Of a stretch of DNA of 64,000 nucleotides, positions 1 to 13,750 are shown one piece after another. The stretch is from Octopus vulgaris. Its lineage: Eukaryota. Within the stretch, counting starts at the first letter, position 1; each line of letters begins with the position of its first letter. The notes under the pieces were generated by a model, which made no database searches, had not been told where the DNA came from, and saw only the letters and a program-made list of their open reading frames with translations. The position numbers were made by a program, and so were the translations under genes. The DNA lies in the NCBI GenBank assembly GCA_951406725.2, contig OX597816.1:45942001-46006000 (forward strand), written 5' to 3'.

Positions 1-104
1 TATTTGATGCTTCATACTATCAGCTTAGCATAAGAGACCAACTGGATAAGTGTCACACTTTAAAAAAATAAGACTGGCTCTGATTGCTCAATTAAACATT
101 TCAA

Positions 105-512
105 AGCAGTGGCTGTGTGGTAAGTAGCTTGCTTACCAACCACATGGTTCTGGGTTCAGTCCCACTGCGTGGCATCTTGGGCAAGTGTCTTCTGCTATAG
201 TCCCGGGCCGACCAAAGCCTTGAGAGGGGATTTGGTAGACGGAAACTGAAAGAAGCCTGTCGTATATATGTATATATGCATGTGTGTGTGTATATGTTTG
301 TGTGTCTGTGTTTGTCCCTCTAGCATTGCTTGACAACCGATGCTGGTGTGTTTACGTCCCCGTCACTTAGCGGTTCAGCAAAAGAGACCGATAGAATAAG
401 TACTGGGCTTACAAAGAATAAGTCCCGGGGTCGATTTGCTCGACTAAAGGTGGTGCTCCAGCATGGCCACAGTCAAATGACTGAAACAAGTAAAAGAGAG
501 TAAAAGAGAAAA
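105..512 (+). mobile_element. SINE family A (about 400 bp, tRNA-like head, internal TA/TG microsatellite, AAAGAGT-type tail)
   Basis: A-box-like tggctgtgtgg and B-box-like ggttcagtccc; more than a dozen similar copies in the window. Confidence 0.9.
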
Positions 513-1168
513 GAGATGAACAACGACACAAACAAAATAATTCAACAACAACCAAAAAATAGAAAATCATTTTTAATTGCACTAAAAAAATATCAATGGT
601 GACTAAGAAGCTGACCACCCAGCAGGGCATCGAACAAAATTCTTCCAGAAGCTGTCAATCAAATAATGCAAAAACAGCTACAGTTTCACGAAATGAAAAT
701 GGTAAGCTATTACCAAAGATTGCCCTTATTATAGCTAAATCATGTTAGTAAACTCACTTTCCAAATATATTTCAACATCCACTAACCTTTAAAGCTACAT
801 TCAGTGCTCACAGTGCCTCTGGTGCCTTGCCAATACCCAAGCTGAGAAACACAAGGCTAACCTAACCAGAATGGAAGTGAAAACAAATAGCAGCCAAATC
901 CTTCTCTAAGTATAATCTATGATCTTATAAAGGACAGTGTAGTCAGCCATGGTTAGATTGTCTTTGATCATAGATCTACTTGGCAGGGCCAAATTGGGGT
1001 GAAACAACAATCAAGCTTCCATAAGTAATTAATTCCTGTAGATTCTACATTTCATAAGAAAAGAGAATTTATCATATGAACTAATTATTGCTGATGAACA
1101 TCATCACCATCTTTCTTAGATTCCAGATTTTAATATAAGTAATAATGGTTATAATTTTAAAATCTGAT

Positions 1169-1220
<52 letters not shown>

Positions 1221-3111
1221 TGCACAGAAATATTGAAATTTATAAAACTATTCAATTATGTGAAGTATCTGAAAGAACTTATTGCATTTGACATCAAGTG
1301 GCAGATTTTCACTTGAAGATGTTCATGAGAGGCAGACTGAACAGAAACAATCCCCAAATTAGTTGGTTGTATTTAGCTACAAAAAAAAAAAAGTCAAGAT
1401 CCATAATAAATCTGCAGACAAGCTAAATGTCAGATCAAAATTCTTCACTAAATGTTGCCACTTTAGTAAATACCTACTGAAATACTGGATGATAACACCC
1501 TATACAGCCTGATTGACATGATCAACACAATCACCTTATTTTTTCTCAAAAGCAATCACCTTGTTTCTCTCATAAAATTTTAACTTATGAAACACTTCCT
1601 CTATTGTCTATTACACTGACAATCCCTGCCGGTAACTTACAGCACCATGTAGCATTACACCCACAGACATTTCTGTGACTTTTAACTACCAAACTATTCA
1701 TACTTTGTAAGTCCTCATTATTTTTTACCAATATAAGGAAAATAACTCACTCAAAAATATTAACAGGTAAGGAATTGTACACACACACACACCTTGATCT
1801 GGGGGTAAGGTTAAAAAGAAAAATCTGAATTAGTAAGAAACAAAAAAGAATTCAGAGATAATCCTTTAGTTAAGAAAAAACGGATGAAGTACTGAAAAGG
1901 GATTGTGAGAGTAGAAGAAAAATGTTTGGGGTTTAATGACAAAAATGCTAAAAACAAAAGAATCGGGTGTGTTTGAAGAACCCTCTTTGGATGCTTAATA
2001 CAGGATTGATATGCATTCTGTAAATTTCAGTAGGTATTCATGCAAGTGGCAATATTTAATAGAAAATTGCCATTTTGTGCTTAGATAATTACTGGAGTTA
2101 TTGAATTTGTTCAAGATTAGCTCTTTCTCAGCTGTACATAAGTTGCATATTTTAGAGTCACTCTTTACAAAATATTATATCGCCCTGATACTTGATTCAA
2201 ATAATTTGTTCTAATACACCTGCTCCATTTACTTTATTATTATTATTAGCAGCAGCATGTACCTGCCAAGTCAAGCATGAACCTAGCATTAACCTTAAAT
2301 TTTAACCAACAAAATTTTTGCAAAAATTTTTTCCCAAACATTTTGTTTAACGTATTTACTTTTTATCCTACTCTGTTATTTTTCAAACATCATCAGTCAT
2401 CATTCAACATCATTGATGATAACTGCCGTCAAGTGAATTGAGAGAGAGCAAAACACTCATCTGCACATGCACAGGTAAATCTTATTTTATTTTTCACAAC
2501 ATTCAATTGCATCGTGAATACTAGATTCATAATTTCAGTATTATTCTCCTTCACTCACTACTGTTACAAGCAAGGAGGGGGGGGGGTATAACTAGTGTAA
2601 ATACATAGAGATTGTCTATGAGTAGATAATGACAGCTCTAGAAGGACAGCAGAAAACTGTACCAAAAGAGACATAACAACAACAACAATAAAAAGAAAAA
2701 CACTAACACTACAGCCAATTAGCACACACTGAAAGTTTACGTTGACCTGTGTCAGGGTGGAATGCATCAAAATATTCATGGCAATTGATCTGATCCATCC
2801 GGTGCATCTAATGGAAGGAATCCATGAAACAAGCTAATACAGCATCATAGTCAGATAGAGAGAGAGACAGGTAAGGCGACAGTAAGCATGTCTGATTATT
2901 TTATTGCATAGAATATAAGGTTAGATGAGAATGTGAAACCCCTCACTTCACCTGCTCTCACACACAGACACACACACACATATGATGTGCATGTGTGTAT
3001 TACTTCTGATGTATTTAATCCTTCTGATACCAATCTGCTCATGACCATCCCTGGCCCTGATATAAGTATCTTGTTTGAAAAGAATGTAAATTAAAACCTT
3101 TAATTTATTTT

Positions 3112-3706
3112 ATCTTTTATTTGCTTCAGTCATTTGATTGCGGCCATGCTGGAGCACCACCTTGAAGGGGTTTTTAATCGAACAAATCAACCCCTGGATT
3201 TTTCTTCTTTTCTATTGGTCCATTTTTGCTGAACCGCTAAATTACAGGGACATAAACACACTAACACAGGGTTGTCAAGTGCTGGGGGGAGACAAACACA
3301 GACACAATTACATGCACAGTTTCCATCTACTGAATCCACTCACAAGGCTTTGGCAGGCCTCAGTCTACAGAAGAAGACATCGGCCCAAGGTGCCACGCAG
3401 TAGAACTGAACCCAGAACCATGTGGTTGGGAAGCAAGCTTCTTACCATACAGCTATGCCTGCCCCTATTTCTGAACACCAGCTTAATGATGACTAAGATA
3501 TTTTATTAACTTCTTACTACTACTGCTATTTTACTATTTACTCTTTTACTTGTTTCAGTCACTTGACTGCAGCCAAGCTGGAGCACCGCCTTTAGTCGAG
3601 CAAATCAACCCCAGAACTTTTTCTATCAGTCTCTTTTGCCGAACCACTAAGTTATGGGGATGTAAACACAGCAGCATCGGTTGTCAAGCAATGTTGGAGG
3701 GGACAA

Positions 3707-3745
<39 letters not shown>

Positions 3746-3922
3746 CACACACATATATACGATGGGCTTCTTTCAGTTTCTGTCTACCAAATCCACTCAC
3801 AAGGCTTTCGTCGGCCCGAGGCTATAGTAGAAGACACTTGCCCAAAGTGCCACGCAGTGAGACTGGACCCAGAACCATGTGGTTGGCAAGCAAGCTACCT
3901 ACCACACAGCCACACCTGTGCC
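3112..3922 (-). mobile_element. Two adjacent SINE family A copies (about 3112-3466 and 3540-3922)
   Basis: Reverse complement of 105-512; the source of spurious ORFs 3138..3509 and 3550..3993. Confidence 0.9.
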
Positions 3923-4330
3923 TGACAAATGATGATGATGATGATGTAATTACTCGTTCACAGGCTTGCATATGCACTTGTACTGATGTGTAACATTACC
4001 AGATTAAATAATATTGTAGCATCTAGCATGGTGGTGGAAAGTGTAGAGTAGTGGTAACCAGCCTACAGTATCAAGTCAGCATCAATGGATGACACAGGGG
4101 TACTTTTTGGGAGAGTGGGGCCATGGTGTGGGGGGTAAGGAACTTCTTACATCCAATCAAATACAATAACTTAGCAAAGCTATTGGACATAAAAAAAAAT
4201 AAATAAATGCATTTCAGTTATGTCTGTGCTGTGTCATAACAGTGAGACACTTGAATGAGGATGTATTGAATGAAAAATGAAAGAAATAGGCTAATGCTTA
4301 ATGTTTCCTTTTCTTTCTTTTAGTTTTGTG

Positions 4331-4408
<78 letters not shown>

Positions 4409-4611
4409 TGTTTAAAAACTATGCTATAAATCTATTTTATCTGTAAGAAGCCTAACAATATTCTTCTTTGAGAAAGAAATTATGAAAGTAGGGAGGGTGG
4501 AGACAGACTGACATGGCGAGGGACAGGAAGACAGAAGGAGGGAGGGAGAGAGAGAAAGAGAGAGAGGGAGAGAGAGAGGGAGGAGACAGCTGTTTCTAAA
4601 CAAAGACTTAC

Positions 4612-4702
4612 CACCTCTTTTATATGTTATCATTCTATATCCAGCCAAAGACAGCTTGCTGGCATGCATTACCCCGCCATCATTACCACTAAAAGGGGGC
4701 AT
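4612..4702 (-). CDS. Candidate alternative start exon MPPFSGNDGGVMHASKLSLAGYRMITYKRG + phase 1
   Basis: Donor GTG|gtaagt; lies in a GC-richer unique island (4612-4850); matches ORF-track 4424..4723 up to the donor. Confidence 0.4.
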
Positions 4703-5479
4703 ATTCAGATCAGATACAGCCACAGCCTCTCAATGCCACAGCCACCACAGCCTTGGGCTTCCCAAGTTAGTGATGTCATCATTTGGTCCTTCCCATCCCT
4801 GGCCACCCTTTCTCCCCATGACCATCCAACTTATGCCAGTATAGAAGAAACAAATATCAATATAAATAAATAAATAAAATAAATAAATAAATAAATAAAT
4901 AAAGGAAAATCAATCTCAACCATAAATCTCTCCACATTTAGACTTATCAATTATAAAAGCTCCCAATTTAATTAAATTAGCTAATGAAATCTCAAGTAGA
5001 GTTCATGAAATGCTTTTAAATGATAGCTCCATGCCTTCATTTTAAACTAAGAAATATTGGACAAGTTAAACCAGCTCAAAACATGCTCTTAAACCCATTT
5101 ATGCTTTTCTTAAATGAAAACAAACAGGAGAATAGATAATAAAAAAAAAAAAATTATTAAAATCACTTAACTATTTAAGGTTTACACAATTATACAATTT
5201 AGTGGCAAGTTTTGATATTAAATATCCACCAGGCCAGATACAAATGTTTCAAAAATGCAGAGGATGTCAAAATAAAATGTGCAAACTTATTTAAAACACA
5301 TACATTGGTTATTAAAATACTACAAAGGTGTTACTAAACCAATATATAACTTTACAAACTAGATTATCTGGAAGGATAAAAAATATCTATAAAACATAAA
5401 CCATAAAAACACTTCTTATGCAGAGACAATTGCAACTTTAACACTTTGGCCTTTGGATTATTCAAGTATAATATTTTTC

Positions 5480-5862
5480 TACTCTCTTATTTGTTTCAGT
5501 CATTTGACTGTGGCCATGCTGGAGCACCACCTTTAGTCGAACAAATCAACCCCAGGACTTATTCTTTGTAAGCCCAGTACTTATTCTATCGGTCTCTTTT
5601 GCTGAACCGCTAAGTTATGGGGACGTAAACACACCAGCATCAGTTGTCAAGCGACGTTGTGGGGGGGGGGACAAACACAGACACACAAACACACACATAT
5701 GTATACACATATATACGACAGGCTTCTTTCAGTTTCCGTCTAACAAATCCACTCACAATGCTTTGGTTGGCCCGAGTCTATAGTAGAAGTGCCATGCAGT
5801 GAGACTGAACCCGGAATCATGTGGTTGGTAAGTAAGTTACTTACCACACAGCCACTCCTGTG
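5480..5862 (-). mobile_element. SINE family A
   Basis: Near full-length match to the reverse complement of 105-512. Confidence 0.9.
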
Positions 5863-6611
5863 ACTCTTAAAAAATTAAAAAATAAATAAATATTTTCTTC
5901 ACATTGTTTTGAATCAACCATGCAATATTTTGTAGCCTTGAGGTTTCAATAATGGGAAGGTTTAATTTTTGGAATAACATTGTAGGATAGGTGTGAGAAA
6001 CTAGATCTGGCTAGTTTTAACATAAAACAAGTAGATTATTTAGACTGGATATGGCTGGGCTAAATGCTTAAGGGTTAAAACAGTTCTAATTGTTTCATTT
6101 TAGATGTAGCTAAACTAAGAGCGAATGGTAAATATGTGTACATATTTCATATCATTATCAAAATTTAAAACCCACTTTGCCATGCTTGCATGAGTCAGAC
6201 AGAATTCGTTGAGGCAGATTTCCTACACCCTGATGCCCTTCCTGTTTCCAAGAAAGGTAATATTTTGCCATAACCAGACATGTTCTCAAAGAATATTGGA
6301 AATGAACAACACTCCTTGTAGCATTTAATTTATAATGTAAACATACTGCAGAGTAGTTATATGCACATTTAATATAACTAATCTGCACTATGTCTAAATT
6401 ATAAATTAAATGTCCCAAAATGATACCGTATATTTTGCTTGTCCATTCTCCGTTTCTAATGTATATCTACCTGCTCAATGATGAATGGTAAACCAAACTG
6501 AGCACTTACAGTACATACTTAAGATGAAAATTTTTATATGTACTGTTAAAACTACTTGTATAACAGTATGACGGTAATGCTCACAATCAACACATGATGT
6601 CAAGATAAGGG

Positions 6612-6643
<32 letters not shown>

Positions 6644-8311
6644 CTCCATTTATCAAATCCATTCCCAAAGCTTTGGTCAGCCCAAGGCCAGAGTAGGAGA
6701 CACTTGCCCAAGGTGCCACACGATGTATAGGAAAGCAAGTTTCTTAATCGCAAAGCCACATCTGCACTTTTATATATACTGACATAGATTCACGCAACAC
6801 AAGACACTCACAGATACATGCAGTGAGAGACAGATAGACAAAGAGGATTGCGCAAAACTAAAGGTCAATGACACAATAACCAAAGTCAAACCAATAAGAC
6901 TGCCTTTACCTTCCACATATCTATACAGTTGTGATTTCCATTCAAGCAACAATTTTTGCCTTGTATGCAATAGCAAAGCACATAGCTCTACTTGCCAGTA
7001 ATTTTAGGAGGGAGGCTTAGCAGATTACATCAACCCCAGTACTTGATTGGCAATTTATTTTATCAACTCTGAAAGGATGAAAGGTAAGTGAACCATGGCA
7101 GATTTGAACTCAGAAATGTAAAGAACTGGAAAAAATGCTACTGAGAATTTTTTATGTAACATGCTTAATAATGATGATGACAATGATGATTTCTAACAAG
7201 CAAAGGACCACACGTTTTTTGAGCTGGGAGGGGCTGACAGTGGATTCGATCACAATATGTGGCTGTTACATATTTTGAATAATGAGAGGATAAGTTAAAT
7301 AAACAGTGAACTGAGACTCAAATAAGTTTGAACTCACAAAATGCAAGATGACGTAATTAAACATAAGGCTAATTAATGTACCACTTTACTAAATCCATTA
7401 CCAACTGCCCTTAATAACAAGGTACAGAAATTTATATCAACCCTGGGAAGATCTAAATGAATAAAGTATTTATCATCAAACAGAATTTTCCAATGATGTC
7501 CTAAAATTTAAGAAGACATGAAGCCTTGAGCAAGGAGAATTTGGAATCTTACACGAACAACATCACCAAGAATTTTCTCTCTCTATCTCTCTCTCTCTCT
7601 CTCTCTCATACACACACTCACTCACACATGCACACAAACATATGTATGCTTCATTAAACACCAACATGCACACTCATATGCAAGACGTATATGCTGACAC
7701 ATCTTCACATACATGTGTGCGTGCATGTGGGTGTGTGTGTGTGTGTGTGTGTGTGCATGTTTAAACAGTGAGTAAGAATGGAGAAAGGAAAAGAAGGTCA
7801 AGCTAAGCTGTGGTGAACACTCATAGCCATTAGGTGACACAAACAGATCAATAGAGGCAACAGGAAGTGGGGAGGGGCAGAGAAGAATGGGGGCCTGGTT
7901 GCTCATGGGTGGTAGAGGTGGGGGAGGGGAGTAATTGTGACAACAGCGGTGGCAGTGAGGTAATAGCAAGGTTATGATGGTGATGCTGACAATGCTGCAG
8001 TGTTGCTGCTTGTAGCAGTAACAGTGTAGTTTTTGCCAGTGGTGACAGCAACAATACAGGGGTGCCCAGTGCTGGTAGTGACAACTTAGGCGTAGCGGCT
8101 ACAGTACAGTGGTGACAGTTGTAGTGGTCAATGATGGGAGTAACCAGGTAGTGTTGCCAGTGGTGATAGTGACTGTAATAGAGACACTGAAAGTGCTAGC
8201 TACCATGTTGTGATGACAGTGACAATATTGTAGTGTCCATGGTGATAGTACCAGTGATTGTAGTAACACTGTAGTGTTGCAAAGTGGTGGTGGTGGTGGT
8301 AGAAACAGCAC

Positions 8312-8512
8312 GAAGGCGGCGAGCTGGCAGAAATGTTTCGTCCGCCACTGCATTCTGAGTTCAAATTGCACTGAGGTCGACTTCACCTTTCATCCGTTCA
8401 GGGTCGATAAATTAAGTACCAGTTACGCACTGGCGTCGATGTAATCGAGTTAATCCATTTGTCCTTGCTTGTCCCCTCTATGTTTAGCCCCTTGTGGTCA
8501 ATAAAGAAAATA
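8312..8512 (+). mobile_element. SINE family B (tRNA-derived, about 230 bp consensus) inserted in the minisatellite
   Basis: ggcgagctggcagaaa head, B-box gagttcaaatt; TSD agaaacagcac at 8301-8311 and 8513-8523. Confidence 0.85.
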
Positions 8513-8519
8513 AGAAACA

Positions 8520-9060
8520 GCACAGTGTTGCCAATGGTGGTAGAAACAGCATAGCATTGCCAGTGGTGATAAAAACAGCATTGTGCTGCAAGTGGTGGTA
8601 GAAACAGCATAGGGTTACCAGTGGTGGTAGAAACAGCATACATAGCGTTGCCAGTGGTGGTAGAAACAGCATACATAGTGTTGCCAGTGGTGGTAGAAAC
8701 AGCATACATAGCGTTGCCAGTGGTGGTAGAAACAGCATACATAGCGTTGCCAGTGGTGGTAGAAACAGCATACATAGCGTTGCCAGTGGTGGTAGAAACA
8801 GCATACATAGCGTTGCCAGTGGTGGTAGAAACAGCATACATAGTGTTGCCAGTGGTGGTAGAAACAGCATACATAGTGTTGCCAGTGGTGGTAGAAACAG
8901 CATGCATAGTGTTGCCAGTGGTGGCAGAAACAGCATACAGGTGCTGCAAGTGGTGGTAAAAGCAGCATAATGTTGCCAATGGTGGTAAAAATAGCATATT
9001 ATTGCCAGTGTTGGTAGAAACAGCATGGTGCTGTCAGTGGTGGTAGAAATACCGTAGTGT
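8520..9060. repeat. 33-bp minisatellite (gtagaaacagcatacatagcgttgccagtggtg), about 10 homogeneous core units at about 8617-8940
   Basis: Direct inspection; degenerate, shorter units extend over about 8020-9260. Confidence 0.95.
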
Positions 9061-9715
9061 AGCTAGTGGTAGTAGCAATTGTTGTACTGGCAGTAACAGT
9101 GTAATGGTGCCAGTGGTGGGTGGTAGCAACAGCATTGTCACGTCCGTGGTGTTAGCAGTGTAGTGTTTAGTGTTGCCAGTTGTAGTAGTGACAAGGTAGT
9201 GATGTCAGTTTTGGTAACAACAGTGTAGTAAGGCCAGTGACAGTGTAGAAGTGATAGCCACAGTAGTAGCAGAGATAGTGAGTACAATAGTACTCATCGC
9301 TGTAGAGAGAAATAGTGCAGCGGTGTTGGTGGTAGCAACAACCAGTGCATTGGAGATGATGATGATGATGGTGGTGGTGGTAGTGTCATGGCAGCAGTAA
9401 AATAAGCTTAAAGCAGTTATCTAGTAATTTCCATTCTCAGAGCAAGCAACCATTTCTTTAACACACACACAATACAATCACTCATTTGGAACTAACCAAT
9501 TATCAAATCTTTCCACAAGGAATTTCTTGAAGTTTTTTTTATTTTTTTTTTTTGGTTTCCTATTTAGTTTCTATTTTGTTTTATTTGTTCCTCCCCCATT
9601 CCTCACCTTACCTATTTCTTTCTCTTTCTCTCTCTCTCTCTACCCCATTACACTGCACCTCCCCCCATTAAGTTTTCCAAATGAGCTGTTCGAACAACTA
9701 TTATCTGAAACATAC

Positions 9716-9718
9716 TGC
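9716..9718 (-). CDS. Candidate 3-nt microexon (GCA)
   Basis: Minus strand ttattgatccactacag|GCA|gtatgt in unique sequence; pyrimidine tract weaker than at 17267. Confidence 0.35.
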
Positions 9719-10276
9719 CTGTAGTGGATCAATAAGTTATATTAACATTACCCCCCTTCTTTATTATTGATGTGGAAAAAAGAGGAAAATAAATAATTGG
9801 TTTGGATTTAGGCACATGGCCAGCAATATTAAAGGGAGTAAGAAGGGTTGGTTGATACTACTGACCCCTTGCACTAAAATAGTGCTATATTTTATTGAAC
9901 CCAAAAGGAAGTAAAGCAAAGCTGACCTTGGCAGGATTTGAACACAGACTGCAAAAACTCAGAAAAAATTAAGTAAGACCTGGTGCAGCCTTCGGGCTTC
10001 CCAGACCCCAGTTGAACTGTCCAACCCATGCTAGCATGGAAAGCGGACATTAAACGATGATGATGATGATGATTTAGTCCAACAGTCAACCAATTCTGAC
10101 AATCCACTCCTCTCATATAACAATTGGATCTAGTATAGGCACAAGGCTTGGGTTTTTTTTTTCTTTCTTTTTTTTAAGTTAGTCTATTAAACTAACCCTA
10201 GAATTTTACTGGTATTTAATTTCATTGGCTCCCAAAAAGCATGATAGGCAAAGGTAACTTCAGCAAGATTTGAACT

Positions 10277-10525
10277 TGTTTGCTTTTTGCTTGCTTCATG
10301 GTGTTGCTTGATGAGGCTGGGGATCATCCCAGGTTAGTGGTCCCAGAGACGTCATCATGCGTAAAGTCAACCAGGCCTGCCAGTGCTCTCCATTGCTGGC
10401 AGTCCCGTGCCGACTCCTCTGCATCTTCTAAAGTGATGTTGAGTCTCTGGGGATCTTACCCCAACCATGTCCAGACAACAGGTGGGGGTGTGAGAGAGGG
10501 ACTGCCATGAGGCCTCTTCCAGGAC
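10277..10525 (-). mobile_element. RTE-like LINE 3' fragment inserted in a SINE
   Basis: Minus translation WKRPHG..QRLNITLEDAEESARDCQQWRAL; (caag)n tail; TSD ttgaact at 10270-10276 and 10526-10532. Confidence 0.75.
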
Positions 10526-10589
10526 TTGAACTCAGAATGTAAAAAGTCAATGTGCTAACAATTTTGACAGCTTGTCATCTTAAAGCCAG

Positions 10590-10638
<49 letters not shown>

Positions 10639-12390
10639 ACGTAGCAGGAGGGTTGTATTGTAGATTAGATTGACACTGATATTTGATTATTATCATGTTT
10701 GCAGAGTTGATAAGCTGATCCAGCAGGGTTTGAACCTAGAACGTAAAACAACAGTTTTAGATAGCTTACAGCATTTAGTATGATCTCCTAACATTTCTGC
10801 CATTCCAATCATTTATTTCCATTTGGCGCAATGCCCATACATTTTGAGGGAGGAGTACTTCACAAGTACTTATTTTATCATCAACCCCAATGGGTATTTG
10901 AATTTAAAATGTAATGGAACACAACTAAAGAGCATAAAGCATTTAGTCCACCCACCCATCTACACAAATTTCTTAAATTAACACAAGGTTATAAGGAAAG
11001 TGGTTGTAGTTAAATGAATCAACTGAAGTACATATGTGTTGGTAATTATTCTATCAACTCTTGAGGGACAGAAGGCTTAGGTGATTCTCGTGGGATCAGA
11101 ACATGGATGAATAAGATTAAAATCTGGTGTTCTTACATTTCAACTAGTAATTTTTTAACCCTACCAATAGATCACAGCTTGATAGAAGAGAGGTGAGTAT
11201 AAATGGATCAACAGTGGCCTCTACAGGTAGCCCAATTTTGTTGACCCCTAATAAATGCATATTTGATTCTAAGAAGATTTCAACAGTGAGCACAACAATG
11301 AAGCTAAATACTGTAACAATATTTTTTTAGTCCTGTATGATACTATTTCAGATACTTCACTAATAACCTATAAATAATATTGATTTCTAATGTTAGTACA
11401 AGGCCACACCTTTCAGGAAACAAACAATTAATCAAACCAATCTAGGCATTTTGCTAATACCTTATTTTGACACCAGAGGGATAAAAAGCTAACATGACCT
11501 CAGTGAGATTTGAACTTAGAATGTAAAGAGCTGTAATTAAATAAAAGCCTTTTGTCTAATGCTTCTGCTAATCCACTGCCAATAATAATAGAAATTATTA
11601 TTAGAAACTAACATAAACAAAAATTTGGTAGGAGAGAGGAATCAGTCAACTGTATGGAGCCCTACCTAACAGGTACATAATTTTGACACCAGAGGGATAA
11701 AAAGCTAACATGACCTCAGTGAGATTTGAACTTAGAATGTAAAGAGCTGTAATTAAATAAAAGCCTTTTGTCTAATGCTTCTGCCAATCCACTGCCAAAT
11801 AATAATAGTATTAATAATCTTTATTTTAGGCACAAGGCCTCAAATCTTAGAGAAGGGTGCTAGGCAATTACATCAACACCAAAAGGATGAAAGATAAGGT
11901 CAACCTTGGCAGAACTTCAACTCAGAATGTAAAGACAGACGAAATACTTTGCAGCATTTCGTCAGGTGTGCTAACAATTCTGCCATCACACACCTTAATG
12001 ATAATAGCTTCTAATTCATGTGCATGGTTAGCAATTTTATCAATCCTTATCTCCTGCTTGCAGGAAGGATAAAAGAAATAGTCCGCCTCCAGAGGATCTC
12101 AACACTTAACATAGGAAATTTCAGACCTTGTGTCTATTTTAGAAACTATTATTATTAATATTACTAATATTATTATTATTATTATTATTATTTCAGTTAG
12201 AGAAACCAATAAGTTAAAAGATCATTGGAGGTATTTTGCCATTGTAACTAACAGCGAACATATACTATCTATCATCATCATCATCCCCTTTTCTATACTA
12301 GCAGAATATTGGAGATGAATGAAACTAGCATGTGAAGTCAAAGAGACACAAACCTACACACACCCACACATGTATATGTGTGTGTATATA

Positions 12391-12432
12391 TATAGATAGA
12401 TAGATAGATAGATAGATATATAGATAGATAGG

Positions 12433-12499
<67 letters not shown>

Positions 12500-12523
12500 G
12501 TAGATAGATAGATAGATAGATAG
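12391..12523. repeat. (GATA)n microsatellite
   Basis: Direct inspection; paralogous tract at about 16403-16500. Confidence 0.95.
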
Positions 12524-12544
12524 ACATTGCTCAGTATATAATAT

Positions 12545-13042
12545 CATGAGGTTGTTGATTGAAGATATTGTGTCTGCTGGGTATTTGTACTGCTTGTCAA
12601 GTCACAACAAGGACCTCAGACAGACGGTACTTTGCGCAATATGCGTGCAGTTCCAAGTAATGCCAACTTTTGCAATACACCTAGATTGTAGGGTATTTCT
12701 AAAGTTTTCAGATGGTTTTTTTTTTCAGATTGGGTGGTATTGAACCCAATGCTCCAATGGCAATAGGGATAACCTTTATGTTTGACTCTTGCAGCTTCCA
12801 CATCTTAGCGATCTCAATTCTCAGGTCTCCATATTTATCAATCTTTTCTCTTTCATTCATGATGACATGTTGATCTCCTGGCACCACCACGTCAATTATT
12901 AGGCATTCTTGTTTGTCCCTCTTAAAGGTTACTATATCTGGCCTTCAGTGCTCTAATGCCTTGTCTATCAGGAATTCAAAGTCCCAAAGGATTTTTGCAT
13001 TCTGCTTTTCGTCCATTACTTTTTCCAGTGTATGCTGGTGCC
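12545..13042 (-). mobile_element. R4/Dong-like LINE 3' fragment encoding a restriction-like endonuclease, frameshifted
   Basis: KILWDF..LEH*RPDI..CLIIDVVVP..EREKIDKYGDL..VIPIAIGALG..LQKLALLGTARILRKV is the PD-(D/E)xK REL domain pattern of R4-clade elements. Confidence 0.85.
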
Positions 13043-13043
13043 A

Positions 13044-13078
<35 letters not shown>

Positions 13079-13080
<2 letters not shown>

Positions 13081-13750
13081 GAGTGAGAGAGCAATGCATA
13101 CCATCAAAGTAACACTGGGGCACAAATATAAGAAGCCCAATATACCAGTGCTCCACAACCAGTATGCCGCAGCACACTGGTGTATCACAAGATGATACAA
13201 GGTGTGCTGCAGTGTAACCTGAATATTATTTTTTCCCCTATACTTTTAGTTATATTTCAGGTTCAGGTGTGCCACCAAATTTTGTGGAGCAACTGCAATA
13301 TACTCACCATGACTACCCATCTGGTAAGGGTACAACAAGGACATGCATCAAAACCATATGTGCATGACATTGTGATCTCATATGAAGATAAACAGCACAT
13401 GTCCTTTGCAGGTGGGGTCCAGTTAGAATTTTATTCAGGTCAAGTAGTCCATCCTGCTCAAAAGGTCCCTGAATAGGGTTTGTTTAAAGATGATGAATGA
13501 AACACCCATATTTCCAGAGATGAATTATTCAAGCCCAAAAGCATTCCTCTCAACACATACCATCAGCCACTAAGGGACATGCTCATCTAGTAATGGTCAA
13601 GCAACTGACAAACAAATCTGTGGTACTGAGTAGAGTATTTGCTGTAGCTCATCTTTTATACCAAGACAAAACATATACATGATAACACTTCCAACCAGTT
13701 AAGGATCAGAAACCATGAGAGCCACTAACTGGTACTGCATCAGGACATTT
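13079..13750 (-). mobile_element. Second copy of the (TAA)n-associated element, interrupted by the hAT MITE
   Basis: Colinear reverse-complement similarity to 25531-26070. Confidence 0.8.
13146..13295. mobile_element. hAT MITE, 150 bp
   Basis: TIRs cagtgctccacaa / ttgtggagcaactg; 8-bp TSD caatatac at 13138-13145 and 13296-13303. Confidence 0.85.

Noticed and set aside
8617-8940. CRISPR-like array
   Set aside because: Units are contiguous with no unique spacers, and the context is eukaryotic.
8398-9026. Longest ORFs in the track (199, 180, 117, 112 aa)
   Set aside because: They are translations of a stop-free 33-bp minisatellite in several frames, with no splice or domain support.
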